A DNA stretch of 20,000 nucleotides from an uncultured Methanosarcinales archaeon (GCA_964535955.1 CAZHVK010000004.1:128636-148635), one strand, 5' to 3'. Shown: positions 8,642-17,583, numbered from the stretch's first letter. A program made the numbers and translations. The notes: a model not told the origin generated them from the sequence alone.

Positions 8642-8708
8642 TGTACGTACAAGTATATAAATATTTCGGTGTTTGAGTCTATAATTGGATGAGAATAGAG
8701 AATTACAA
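8642..8708 (-). promoter_or_regulatory. Repeat E copy 1: TGTACGTACA palindrome + TATA/BRE + conserved upstream block
   Basis: Perfect palindrome at 8642-8651. 8654-8708 matches 10973-11027 at 48/55 nt. Confidence 0.88.
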
Positions 8709-8778
8709 TAATAAAATAAAATTAATCAATGTAAAAAACATAGACTTTTTATATTAGTTAACCATATCTTCTTCTAAG

Positions 8779-9468
8779 ATGATTAAAGAAATTCAAGGAA
8801 ATCTATTTGATTCAAAATGTCAAGTAATTGTAAATACTGTGAATTGTAAAGGTGTGATGGGTAAAGGTATTGCTTTAGAATTCAAGTATAGATATCCAAA
8901 GATGTATGAGAAATATGTGGTTGATTGTGAGAAAGGTACAATAAAACCAGGAGTATTGACGCTTTGGAAGGGTTCCAGACCTTGGATCTTAAATTTCCCT
9001 ACTAAATTAGATTGGAAATTTCCCTCAAGAATAGGATTCATTGAAAAGGGATTAGAATCCTTTGTGAAAAATTATAAGAAATGGAACATTAAATCTATAG
9101 CATTCCCTAAATTAGGTACACAACATGGAAAATTAGATTGGAAAGATGTGAAAAGATTGATGTATCAATATTTAGAACCACTAAATGACCTAGAAGTATA
9201 TATTTGCCATTTTGATCCTAATTCTAAAGATCTTCTTTTTGAAAAATTAAAAATAATGACTAAGAGTTTCAATCTTGATGATTATATTAGTGAAATAACA
9301 TTAACTAAATCAGCTGCAAATCTGTTATATAATTATTTAAAAGAGAAAAAAATCAAAAATATGGTTGAGTTACAAAAAATAAAAGGGTTTGGAGAGAAAT
9401 CCATTGAAAAAGTGTATGAATTCCTGAGAAATGGGAACAAATCAAAACAGACCAAGCTTAATTATTAA
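8779..9468 (+). CDS. darG: DarG-like macrodomain antitoxin (DNA ADP-ribosylglycohydrolase) with C-terminal helix-hairpin-helix
   Basis: VNTVNCKGVMGKGIALEFK, ILNFPTKLDW (catalytic Lys position) and SIAFPKLG. C-terminal LQKIKGFGEKSIEKV is HhH-like. Confidence 0.82.
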   Translation: MIKEIQGNLFDSKCQVIVNTVNCKGVMGKGIALEFKYRYPKMYEKYVVDCEKGTIKPGVLTLWKGSRPWILNFPTKLDWKFPSRIGFIEKGLESFVKNYKKWNIKSIAFPKLGTQHGKLDWKDVKRLMYQYLEPLNDLEVYICHFDPNSKDLLFEKLKIMTKSFNLDDYISEITLTKSAANLLYNYLKEKKIKNMVELQKIKGFGEKSIEKVYEFLRNGNKSKQTKLNY

Positions 9469-9477
9469 ATAAATGCA

Positions 9478-10341
9478 TTAGGGAAATTGTTTGAATGTAA
9501 ACATTCCAGAATCAACTTCTATTTTAATATTTATGTCTAATTTAGTCATAATTTCTTTTAATTTGTTTTTGATTGATTCTGTTTTGGTGATTATCTTTTT
9601 AAAGTATTTTATGTCTATTTTTGGATAGACAAGAAATTCAGAGCATAGTTTTCCTTTTATTGTCATATCATTATAATCATATATTTCTTTCTTTAATAGT
9701 TCCCAATCTAATATATCAATATCATCAAGATTTGTATAATCCTCTGCATCATTTCTAGCCATATTACCATCCGAAAAACAGAACTCCTTACTTTCATTTT
9801 CTATTATGTTTGGATTTATGACAATTATTATAGCCTTCTCCTGTTTCTTCTCAATCATCTTATAAGTCGTATGGTTTTTGGGTCTAAAATATAGTGGGAT
9901 CCTATCATGTACATCACGTCTTCTTTTTTGTACTTCAGGATTTGACATATCAACAAATGGAATCTTCCTTTGCAGAACTTCATTACGAGATAAAATGCCT
10001 AATCTTAAGATGCTTTCAATATTTCCTATTGCAACAAAATAATAAAGGGATTTCACATAAGAATAAAATTTTTCCCTTTTTTCCTTTTTTATTCTCTCTT
10101 TTTCTTTTGCCCTTTTTATTTTCTCTTCTTCTTTTCTTTTTCTTATTGCTTCTTCTCTCTTTTTCCTATTTTCCAAGTCTTTTGCTTTCTTATTCTTGAG
10201 AATGAGTTTTATCTCTTTAGTCTCAGAATCATCACAATCATTTAAGCAAAAAGGACAGTACCAATAACCTTCAATGTACAACATAGAATTCATGGCTTCA
10301 CATTTAGGACATTTAGTTGGTGATTTCTCTTCGATCTTCAT
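9478..10341 (-). CDS. darT: DarT-like (DUF4433) DNA ADP-ribosyltransferase with N-terminal Zn ribbon and charged helix
   Basis: NIESILRLGILSR, EVQKRR, IPLYFRPKN, FSDGNMA and SEFLV (catalytic Glu). CPKC...CPFC at the N-terminus. Confidence 0.85.
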   Translation of the reverse strand: MKIEEKSPTKCPKCEAMNSMLYIEGYWYCPFCLNDCDDSETKEIKLILKNKKAKDLENRKKREEAIRKRKEEEKIKRAKEKERIKKEKREKFYSYVKSLYYFVAIGNIESILRLGILSRNEVLQRKIPFVDMSNPEVQKRRRDVHDRIPLYFRPKNHTTYKMIEKKQEKAIIIVINPNIIENESKEFCFSDGNMARNDAEDYTNLDDIDILDWELLKKEIYDYNDMTIKGKLCSEFLVYPKIDIKYFKKIITKTESIKNKLKEIMTKLDINIKIEVDSGMFTFKQFP

Positions 10342-10373
10342 ATTATGGTTGGGTGATAAAATAAGTATTTAAA

Positions 10374-10598
10374 TTACCACCAACTGTCCTCTTTATGTGC
10401 TTTATGATGTGCTTTTTGATTCTTAAACACCCATAAGTTTGAAGGTTTATTATTTGATTTCCTTCTATTTATATGATGTACTCTTTCAGATCTTCTTAAA
10501 GGTCTTCCTAATTTCTTTGCAGCAGACCACCTATGTACTGATCTTCCCGAATCTGAAAATCTTCTATATCCTTTTTTATCTGTGTATGTTTTTGCCAT
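10374..10598 (-). CDS. Small HNH endonuclease (74 aa)
   Basis: VHRW.A...LGRPL...VHHINRRKSNNKPSNL...H..AH. GGAGGAG RBS. Overlaps the upstream RHH-like gene by 23 nt. Confidence 0.85.
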   Translation of the reverse strand: MAKTYTDKKGYRRFSDSGRSVHRWSAAKKLGRPLRRSERVHHINRRKSNNKPSNLWVFKNQKAHHKAHKEDSWW

Positions 10599-10887
10599 TT
10601 TTATGTCTCCTCCTATCTTTTGCATTTCTTCTTTGTCTTCTTACATTACCTTTGCCGCCTCTTCCATGACCTCTTGATTTTCTGGGGCCATATTCCTCTG
10701 CTATTTTTTTGATTTCTTTAGAATTAGGTGTTACATGACCTAACTCATCAAGTGCTTTATCAAAGATAGCTTGAACTGAAATCTCATTATCATCAATAAA
10801 TTTCATTTGTGATGGGTAAAGTCTTATATTAGCTCTACAAATTCTTCTTTCTCTTTGAGGTAAATTTTTTACATCTTCTAATTTCAT
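10576..10887 (-). CDS. RHH/CcdA-like DNA-binding protein with Arg/Gly/Lys-rich tail (paralog 2)
   Basis: RANIRLYPSQMKFIDDNEISVQAIFDKALDELG aligns without gaps to paralog 1. AGGTGA RBS before the ATG at 10887. Confidence 0.72.
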   Translation of the reverse strand: MKLEDVKNLPQRERRICRANIRLYPSQMKFIDDNEISVQAIFDKALDELGHVTPNSKEIKKIAEEYGPRKSRGHGRGGKGNVRRQRRNAKDRRRHKNGKNIHR

Positions 10888-10910
10888 ATATATCACCTTT
10901 TATGTTTTTA

Positions 10911-11027
10911 TGTACGTACAAAGAGCATACAATTGGTATGCCACTAGTATGTAATTAGTAAGTACTAACTAATATATAAACTTTTAGGTGTTTTAGTATA
11001 TAATTGGATGAGAATAAAGAATCACAA
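10911..11027 (-). promoter_or_regulatory. Repeat E copy 2, with about 50 extra nt between operator and TATA
   Basis: TGTACGTACA at 10911-10920, inverted repeat GCATAC-N5-GTATGC at 10925-10941 and conserved block at 10973-11027. Confidence 0.88.
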
Positions 11028-11096
11028 CAAGAATGAACCTACCACCATTCAAACAAAACTTGTGTTGTTATTTTTGGTATGTGGGGTTAGCTTCAA

Positions 11097-13481
11097 TTAA
11101 TACTTTCTAGACTTCTTACTAACCCACAAAATAAATAATACAATTAAATACATCAAAGACGCCCCTAGATTAAAAATATACAAAACTAGAAATATAATTA
11201 AATGAATTCTGTGTTTATAAGACATTTTTTTAGATTTATATGAATAATATAATAATCCCCATGAAGCAAGCATTACTATAATGTTTTTTGTAAACAAAGA
11301 TAAGAGAATAGTAAGCCCTATTATTATCTGTTTTTTATTTATATTTGAAACATTTTTTTTGTCATGTTTTATATTAGATTTCATTTGATGGTTTGCATTT
11401 GCTTTTTTTAATTTCTTTTCCTGCACTAATTCTTGAAATTTATTAATATGTACTTTTTCTTTTAATTCCTCTTTTTCAAGAGCTTTTTTGTATTCTTCTT
11501 TTTTTTCTCCACATTTTCTACAATAGAAATCAAGAAAAGTTAATTTTGCACCGCATTTTAAACACTTTGTTCTATCTTTTTTTATTCCTTTCTTTTTTTT
11601 ATAATAAGGAATTACTTTATTAATACAAAAAGTGATTAATCCAAAAGAAATAATTAGAATAACAATAAGAATAAGAACATTCCCCCAATTAAGATTATCA
11701 TTATACCCATATCCAATATGATTACATTCATAATTTTTTAAAAAACTAGTCTCAGGCATTCCACAATCAACACAACAATTCAATTGTGTTTCACCATCTT
11801 CACATTGGCCATTACCACATTCTCTAACAATAAGACCTTTTGATAATTCCTTTGTAAAAGAAACAATTTCATCTTCAAATTCATAAGTAATTGTTGCAGA
11901 TAATGATGTTTCTCCAGTACTTTCACCTAATAAATCTATAGTAATAGAATTAGCATTTTTAGCTCCAATAGTAGAACTTGAACTGCATTGATTTCCAGAA
12001 CAAAAATCAGCACCAATACTTGATGATGAAAAACTTGCACCTGTACCTTTATTAATTGTGAACTTGACAAACATATCATCATTTAATTTATTATTTATAC
12101 TTAATGTCAATTTAGTTTCTTCACCTTTTTTCACATTAGCTTTTGTTAAAGAAAGTTTCATATTTATTGGATCAAAACATTTTCCTTTATGACATAGTCC
12201 TTCTTTACATTGAAAATCACAAGAACAAGGTTCATTATCATCTAAATTACCCATTTTAACACATTTTTTTAAAGGTTTACAGGAACTATAACCTTCATCA
12301 CAACCACATTTACCATTTTGACAATAAAGATTTTTCATTAAACAATTAGTGTGTTCTCTTGATGTTTCTTGTTTAATTCCTGTGCATGTGGATGTGGCTA
12401 GATTACATTTTCCATTAATATAAGATCCTTTTTGCATTACTTTTTTAGAATCAGGAGAACAAAAAAATTCGTCAATCCATCTTGATGATTCACTGCAATG
12501 TTCATCATTATAACATTCAACACATTCATTTGTCAGAGTATTACAATAATTGCTTCCACAATCATCATCTTCTATACATCTTACACATGTATGGCTCTTA
12601 GGACTGCATCTTCCTTCAACACAATGTTCATCTGTTCCACAATCAAAACATTGTCCTAAATAACAATGTTTACCATCAGGACAACCTAAGTCTTTACAAC
12701 ATGTTTGTTGTGTTTCACCAGGATCAATCATACCATCACCACAATAATATTTGTAACATCCTTTAGAATCTCCTATTTCTAGATCACATCTTTGGTCTCT
12801 TCCACATCCACATTCACTTGCTGCAGTTTGACAATTTTCTCCTATATTAACATCACACTGCCCATTACCTAAACAATTAGAAACTTTACAATCTTTTGCA
12901 CATGAAGAACATTCACCAGATTCGCATTTTCCATCTCCGCACTTATTTATACATTCTCCATTTACACATGCTTGATTATTATGACACTTTACATCTTCTG
13001 GACATGAACTGCATGTTTCACCTTGATTTATTATATTATTACCACATTGTTTTACACATTCATGATTGATACAGGTATGTTCAGCAGGGCATTGTATGTT
13101 TGGACAATATCCATAATCAAAAGTATATGGAAAGTCTAGATCAGAACTTGTTTTGCCATATTCATCATTATAATTCCATTGAGCAATAAAATTAATATTA
13201 TCAGAACCTTTACCAGAACTAGGTGCATAATATAAAAAATTGCAGATATATTCTATTTTGTCTCCAGTGTTAGTTACAGTTTTAGGAAATCCTTGATCCA
13301 AGTTATTTGTGCATTCAAATTCTGTAATAACATCAGAACTCTGAAATGTAATTTTTTGTTCATAACCATATGTTATCCCATAGTCAACATATCCATCTGG
13401 TGGTATTGGTTCATATGCTGATATTAATGGTAGAATAACTAATAATATTAATAGATTTATTATTAGTTTATTGATTTTCAT
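11097..13481 (-). CDS. Large Cys-rich cell-surface membrane protein
   Basis: Signal peptide, repeated CG(D/N)GxC...ET...C..DC units, beta-rich Ig-like segment, TM helix, CLKC..CRKC Zn ribbon and further C-terminal TM segments. Confidence 0.88.
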   Translation of the reverse strand: MKINKLIINLLILLVILPLISAYEPIPPDGYVDYGITYGYEQKITFQSSDVITEFECTNNLDQGFPKTVTNTGDKIEYICNFLYYAPSSGKGSDNINFIAQWNYNDEYGKTSSDLDFPYTFDYGYCPNIQCPAEHTCINHECVKQCGNNIINQGETCSSCPEDVKCHNNQACVNGECINKCGDGKCESGECSSCAKDCKVSNCLGNGQCDVNIGENCQTAASECGCGRDQRCDLEIGDSKGCYKYYCGDGMIDPGETQQTCCKDLGCPDGKHCYLGQCFDCGTDEHCVEGRCSPKSHTCVRCIEDDDCGSNYCNTLTNECVECYNDEHCSESSRWIDEFFCSPDSKKVMQKGSYINGKCNLATSTCTGIKQETSREHTNCLMKNLYCQNGKCGCDEGYSSCKPLKKCVKMGNLDDNEPCSCDFQCKEGLCHKGKCFDPINMKLSLTKANVKKGEETKLTLSINNKLNDDMFVKFTINKGTGASFSSSSIGADFCSGNQCSSSSTIGAKNANSITIDLLGESTGETSLSATITYEFEDEIVSFTKELSKGLIVRECGNGQCEDGETQLNCCVDCGMPETSFLKNYECNHIGYGYNDNLNWGNVLILIVILIISFGLITFCINKVIPYYKKKKGIKKDRTKCLKCGAKLTFLDFYCRKCGEKKEEYKKALEKEELKEKVHINKFQELVQEKKLKKANANHQMKSNIKHDKKNVSNINKKQIIIGLTILLSLFTKNIIVMLASWGLLYYSYKSKKMSYKHRIHLIIFLVLYIFNLGASLMYLIVLFILWVSKKSRKY

Positions 13482-13593
13482 ATAAAATATCCCCTATTCA
13501 GGGGATTAATTATATATATATAAAGATATCTGTGAGGGATTATAATATAAGGTTGGAAACATTTATATAACTCAACAACATTCAATCAATAAA

Positions 13594-14112
13594 ATGCCAG
13601 GATACAAAGAACATTTGTTTACAGGATTTGTTACAGCAGGAATTATAGTTGCAATACTTCATTTTTTATTCCATTTAAATTTAATTGACGCAAATTTATT
13701 AACAACATTAGTAGTTACTACTTTAATATTTAGCGTAATATCTGATATAGATCATAAATCTTCAAATATCAGTGGATTTTTGCATTTTTTTTCAATATTA
13801 GCTGTTATTGCAATCATTGCAGATATAATTCCCTTTAATTTTTCTTCAACTTTAATACTACTTTCTTTATTGGGATTAGAAATCTATCATTGGAATTCTG
13901 CAAAAAACAATTGGGAACACCGACAGTTTCCACATTCATTGACTTTTGGTTTGTTTGCTTTAGTTGTATTGTTTTTGATCACTTTCTCATGGATAGCAGT
14001 AATTATTGGTGCAGTTACTTTTTTATCTCATATAGTTATTGATGATTATTTTGATCAAGCTGTGGAACAAGATAAGAAGTTTTGGAGATCAGTTATTTCT
14101 AGGTTGAAGTAG
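13594..14112 (+). CDS. Membrane-bound metal-dependent hydrolase (YdjM/DUF457-like)
   Basis: MPGYKEH, SDIDH, HRQFPHS and SHIVID motifs within multiple TM helices. Confidence 0.85.
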   Translation: MPGYKEHLFTGFVTAGIIVAILHFLFHLNLIDANLLTTLVVTTLIFSVISDIDHKSSNISGFLHFFSILAVIAIIADIIPFNFSSTLILLSLLGLEIYHWNSAKNNWEHRQFPHSLTFGLFALVVLFLITFSWIAVIIGAVTFLSHIVIDDYFDQAVEQDKKFWRSVISRLK

Positions 14113-14262
14113 TTCACTTCCTAACCTTCTCATCCATTGTAACATTGTTTTTATCTTTCCATTCTGTCTGGGTGTTTGTGGTTGTTGGTGATATTATTAC
14201 TTTAGTTAGATTGTAATAAATCTTCAGCAATATTTAAATATAAATCTTGATTCCTTATATAT

Positions 14263-15357
14263 ATGGGAACAAGACGTGGCACATTATTGGAAAGAAATAT
14301 CAGAAAGATATTCAAGCTTGCAGGCTTCAAAACTAAACATCAAGTTAGAATCAAAGGTTATGAAATAGATGTTCTTGCAGAAACAGATAACTTAAAAATT
14401 ATAATAGAATGTAAACATTATGAACATTCTCCTATTGTAGTGAGAAATTTAATTCATCAGTGGGATAGTAAAAACAAGGAAATCAAAGCAGATAAGATTT
14501 TATTAGTAATATATGGGGTTGAAATTACCCCTTATGTCAAAACTTTAGCTAAGAAATATGATATAAGTATTTGGGATAAAAAGGATGTAGAGGATTACTT
14601 GGATTATGTTATTGAACACAAAAAAGAGGCAAAGACTAAAATATTAAAAGTTTTAAAGTTAAAACTTAAGAAAAAGGAAAAAGTAAAAATTGAGGAAGAG
14701 GAGGAGGAGGATTCAGAGGAGTCTAGAGAACTAAAAATAGTTAAAAAATATAAGAATGAAATTAATAGTTATAACGATGGTCAAACAATGTTTATAATAG
14801 GAATTATTTTGTGTTTCTTTATTCCAACCATACTTCTTCCAATTGCAGGTATAGTTTTAATAATAATTGGTTCTAATAAAAAGAAAGAGATAAAGGAAAA
14901 AATTCCTAGAATTGAAGAATATGTTAAACTTAAGAAGGATCTAAGCAGAGAAGGCATAAAATTTGTTTCAGATTCTTCAAAAGTAGAAGAGGATTTTGAA
15001 GAAGATGAAGATGATGAACATTCTGAAGAAAGAATGGAAATAAGAAGATTACTTATGCCTGAAAATACTATTATATTTAGAGATTTGCCTGAAGAAGCAA
15101 TATTAGACATAAAAATATTAAGAGAAGATTGTAGAAAAGCAATTTCTGCATTTAAAAGGGTATATAATTCTTCTGAAGAAGAACATTATAGTTTATCCCG
15201 TTTTGAAATAGAACTGAATAAAGTTTCCCGCGATTTTGCAAATATTTTGGGAAAAAATAATAAAAAATATGATGATTTTGAAGATCAAGTTTTCGAAATC
15301 AAGAGAAAATATGCAAATAAGATAAAAAGAATCATTGAGAAGTATAAAGATGATTGA
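14263..15357 (+). CDS. Mrr_cat-like restriction endonuclease domain fused to a TM hairpin and a helical C-terminus
   Basis: G..LE..I..IF...GF, EIDVLA and IIIECKHY form a PD-(D/E)XK core. Hydrophobic stretch MFIIGIILCFFIPTILLPIAGIVLIIIG. Confidence 0.85.
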   Translation: MGTRRGTLLERNIRKIFKLAGFKTKHQVRIKGYEIDVLAETDNLKIIIECKHYEHSPIVVRNLIHQWDSKNKEIKADKILLVIYGVEITPYVKTLAKKYDISIWDKKDVEDYLDYVIEHKKEAKTKILKVLKLKLKKKEKVKIEEEEEEDSEESRELKIVKKYKNEINSYNDGQTMFIIGIILCFFIPTILLPIAGIVLIIIGSNKKKEIKEKIPRIEEYVKLKKDLSREGIKFVSDSSKVEEDFEEDEDDEHSEERMEIRRLLMPENTIIFRDLPEEAILDIKILREDCRKAISAFKRVYNSSEEEHYSLSRFEIELNKVSRDFANILGKNNKKYDDFEDQVFEIKRKYANKIKRIIEKYKDD

Positions 15358-15380
15358 CTGGAGCTAAGTTATGAGTCTAG

Positions 15381-15779
15381 ATGGTAGATAATCTAACTAA
15401 AGAACAAAGAAGAAAATGTATGTCCAATATTACAAGTAAATGGACTATACAGGAGAGAAAGGTTCATAATTTTCTAAAAGGAAATAAGATTAAGCATAAA
15501 ATGCATCCTAAGTTAATTGGAAATCCAGATATTTTATTAACCAATACAAATACTGTTGTTTTTCTGAATGGTTGTTTTTGGCATAAATGCAAAAAATGCT
15601 ATAAAGAACCAAAAACTAAAAGGAAATATTGGATTCCAAAAATAGCAAATAATGTAAAAAGGGACAGAAAAAATACAAAACTTCTTAAAGAACATGATTT
15701 TAACATACTTAAGATATGGGAACATGAGATTAAAGAGAATTTTGAAAAAACTTTAAATAAAATAATAAAAAATGGCTGA
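15381..15779 (+). CDS. vsr: Very short patch repair endonuclease
   Basis: DNLTKEQRRKCMSNI, GNPDI, FLNGCFWH, YWIPKI..N..RD and IWEHE. Adjacent to a C5-MTase. Confidence 0.95.
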   Translation: MVDNLTKEQRRKCMSNITSKWTIQERKVHNFLKGNKIKHKMHPKLIGNPDILLTNTNTVVFLNGCFWHKCKKCYKEPKTKRKYWIPKIANNVKRDRKNTKLLKEHDFNILKIWEHEIKENFEKTLNKIIKNG

Positions 15780-16611
15780 AGAACTTACAAGAAAAGAAGC
15801 AATTGAATTTTTAGACATTCCTGAAAAACATTTTAATAATTATTTTAAAAACAGCAAAGAAATCAAAGGGTTTAAAAAGAAGAATAGGTGGTATTTCAAT
15901 AAAGACCAATTAGTCGAATGGAATAATCTTAGAAATCAAAGAACAGTAAAACTTACTCTTTCCGAATATGAAAAATGTTTTGAGTTTGCTATTAAAATGG
16001 CTTATAGTACTAGAGCAAGCCATGGTACTGGAATCAGAGGAGTAAGAAGTGAAGTTCAAATGGCTGACGATTTTATTTTAGGCATTCTTGCTGAACATGG
16101 TGTTCAAAAACTTTTAAAAGAAATATTTAATGTTAAAATAAAACTAGATTTAGAAGTTCACCCAAGTCATATAACTCCACAAGATTTTGATGGAATATAT
16201 GATCAAAATGGAAGAATCAGAAAGGTAAAAATAGGGGTTGCAGTGAAGTCAAGCAAAGTAAAAAGTTGTTTTAATGTTATACCACCAATAGAATATGAAA
16301 ATGATAATCGGAAATCTGAAGTTTATATTTTTGTAAGGGTTGGTCTTCCATCAGATCATCTTTTTAGAATATTAAGGGACCATTCTTTTTTTAAAAATGT
16401 GGCAGAGTTTCTCGAAAAATCAGAAGGATTTAGGAAAATTAAAGAATTAAAAGAGATTCCAATTTGGATCTGTGGATTTTCATACATTAAGGAGTTAGAT
16501 AAAGTAGAAGAAATTCCTGGTCAGGAGTTTAATGGTCATAGATATGTGAAAAGTGTTGCAGAAATGCATAATTCAAATAAAGATTGGTTAGATTTAATAA
16601 AGAAACTTTAA
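15772..16611 (+). CDS. Putative Type II restriction endonuclease with N-terminal excisionase-like HTH
   Basis: LTRKEAIEFLDI...RWYFNKDQLVEW is HTH-like. GILAE...PQDFD...VAVKSSK is nuclease-like. Located between vsr and the MTase. Confidence 0.7.
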   Translation: MAEELTRKEAIEFLDIPEKHFNNYFKNSKEIKGFKKKNRWYFNKDQLVEWNNLRNQRTVKLTLSEYEKCFEFAIKMAYSTRASHGTGIRGVRSEVQMADDFILGILAEHGVQKLLKEIFNVKIKLDLEVHPSHITPQDFDGIYDQNGRIRKVKIGVAVKSSKVKSCFNVIPPIEYENDNRKSEVYIFVRVGLPSDHLFRILRDHSFFKNVAEFLEKSEGFRKIKELKEIPIWICGFSYIKELDKVEEIPGQEFNGHRYVKSVAEMHNSNKDWLDLIKKL

Positions 16612-17558
16612 TCTCCTAATACTCTTTTAATCTCTTTTGCAATTCTCTCAATAACTGGAACAGTAACACTATTACCAGCTTGTTTATATAATTTTGAATC
16701 AGAAATTTTTGGAAGTTTAAAACTCTTTGGAAACCCTTGTATTAAAAAACACTCTTTAGGGGTCAATTTACGAATCCCTTTGTTATCTACAATTAGGGGC
16801 ACATTATGGCCACCAGTACCCATGTTTGCAGTCAATGTTGGTACCACTCCTTTTTTATTAGCTCTAACATATCTTCTTCGCCACTGGTACACTGTTTTTC
16901 TACTTTTAATTTGATTTTTTATTCTATTATATAACGGTTTTCCTTCATAATAATATTTTTCCTGCACATTCTCTTCTAAAAAGTCTCTAAAATTAAGAGT
17001 TAACTTTATCTCATTAGGAAATTCAAAATTTTTAAAATGATTCTTATTTAAAAAACCCACAATAAAAATCCTTTCTCTATTCTGAGGGATATTTCCATGT
17101 AGCATGCTGTTAAGAACTTTTGTTTTCACATGATAACCTAACTCTTCAAGAGTTTTTTTAATTATTCTGAATGTTTTTCCTTTATCATGCATTTTTAAAT
17201 TTTTGACATTTTCAAGGAATATAATCCTAGGTTTTCTTTCTGAGATTATATCTGCAATTCTAAAAAATAAATTTCCTCTCCCTTTTTCATCATTAAAGCC
17301 CTTTTGATAACCCGCAATACTAAATGCTTGACAAGGAAAACCCCCTAATAGTATATCAAATTCTGGGAGAGATTTAGTCTCTAATTTATTAATATCTTCT
17401 ACTGAAAGAGAAATACTATTAAAATTTAAATCATAGGTCTTTTTACAGCTATAATCAAAATCATTTGCAAAAACAGTTGTAAACCCAGCATTTTCAAATC
17501 CAAGTCTTATTCCACCAACTCCTGCAAATAAGTCAAGTGTTCTAAGTTTTTTTTTCAT
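16608..17558 (-). CDS. dcm: DNA (cytosine-5) methyltransferase, Bsp6I-like (GCNGC-type, from recalled similarity)
   Basis: LFAGVGG, GFPCQ, ENV, QNRERIF and YKQAGNSV motifs. TRD YQWRR.YVR.NK..V.PTLTANMGTGGHNVPL. Confidence 0.96.
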   Translation of the reverse strand: MKKKLRTLDLFAGVGGIRLGFENAGFTTVFANDFDYSCKKTYDLNFNSISLSVEDINKLETKSLPEFDILLGGFPCQAFSIAGYQKGFNDEKGRGNLFFRIADIISERKPRIIFLENVKNLKMHDKGKTFRIIKKTLEELGYHVKTKVLNSMLHGNIPQNRERIFIVGFLNKNHFKNFEFPNEIKLTLNFRDFLEENVQEKYYYEGKPLYNRIKNQIKSRKTVYQWRRRYVRANKKGVVPTLTANMGTGGHNVPLIVDNKGIRKLTPKECFLIQGFPKSFKLPKISDSKLYKQAGNSVTVPVIERIAKEIKRVLGD

Positions 17559-17583
17559 CTTCCCCTCATTTTTTAACTTTATC

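Noticed and set aside
3475..10598. Prophage or transposon call based on the BRO and HNH genes
   Set aside because: No integrase, transposase, capsid, terminase or replication gene, and no terminal inverted repeats, recognised in the window.
8689..11100. Plus-strand micro-ORFs starting in repeat E (MRIENYN..., 8689-8757; MRIKNHN..., 11008-11100)
   Set aside because: Similarity is limited to the DNA repeat, the differences are non-synonymous, and the TATA/BRE is oriented to the minus strand.
14113..14230. Possible ~38-codon minus-strand ORF and a TGGATGAGAA match to repeat E
   Set aside because: Weak TTG start without an RBS. A 10-nt match is too short to support homology.
14692..14712. GAG triplet run as a phase-variable repeat
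   Set aside because: In-frame poly-Glu linker, so slippage would not shift the frame.
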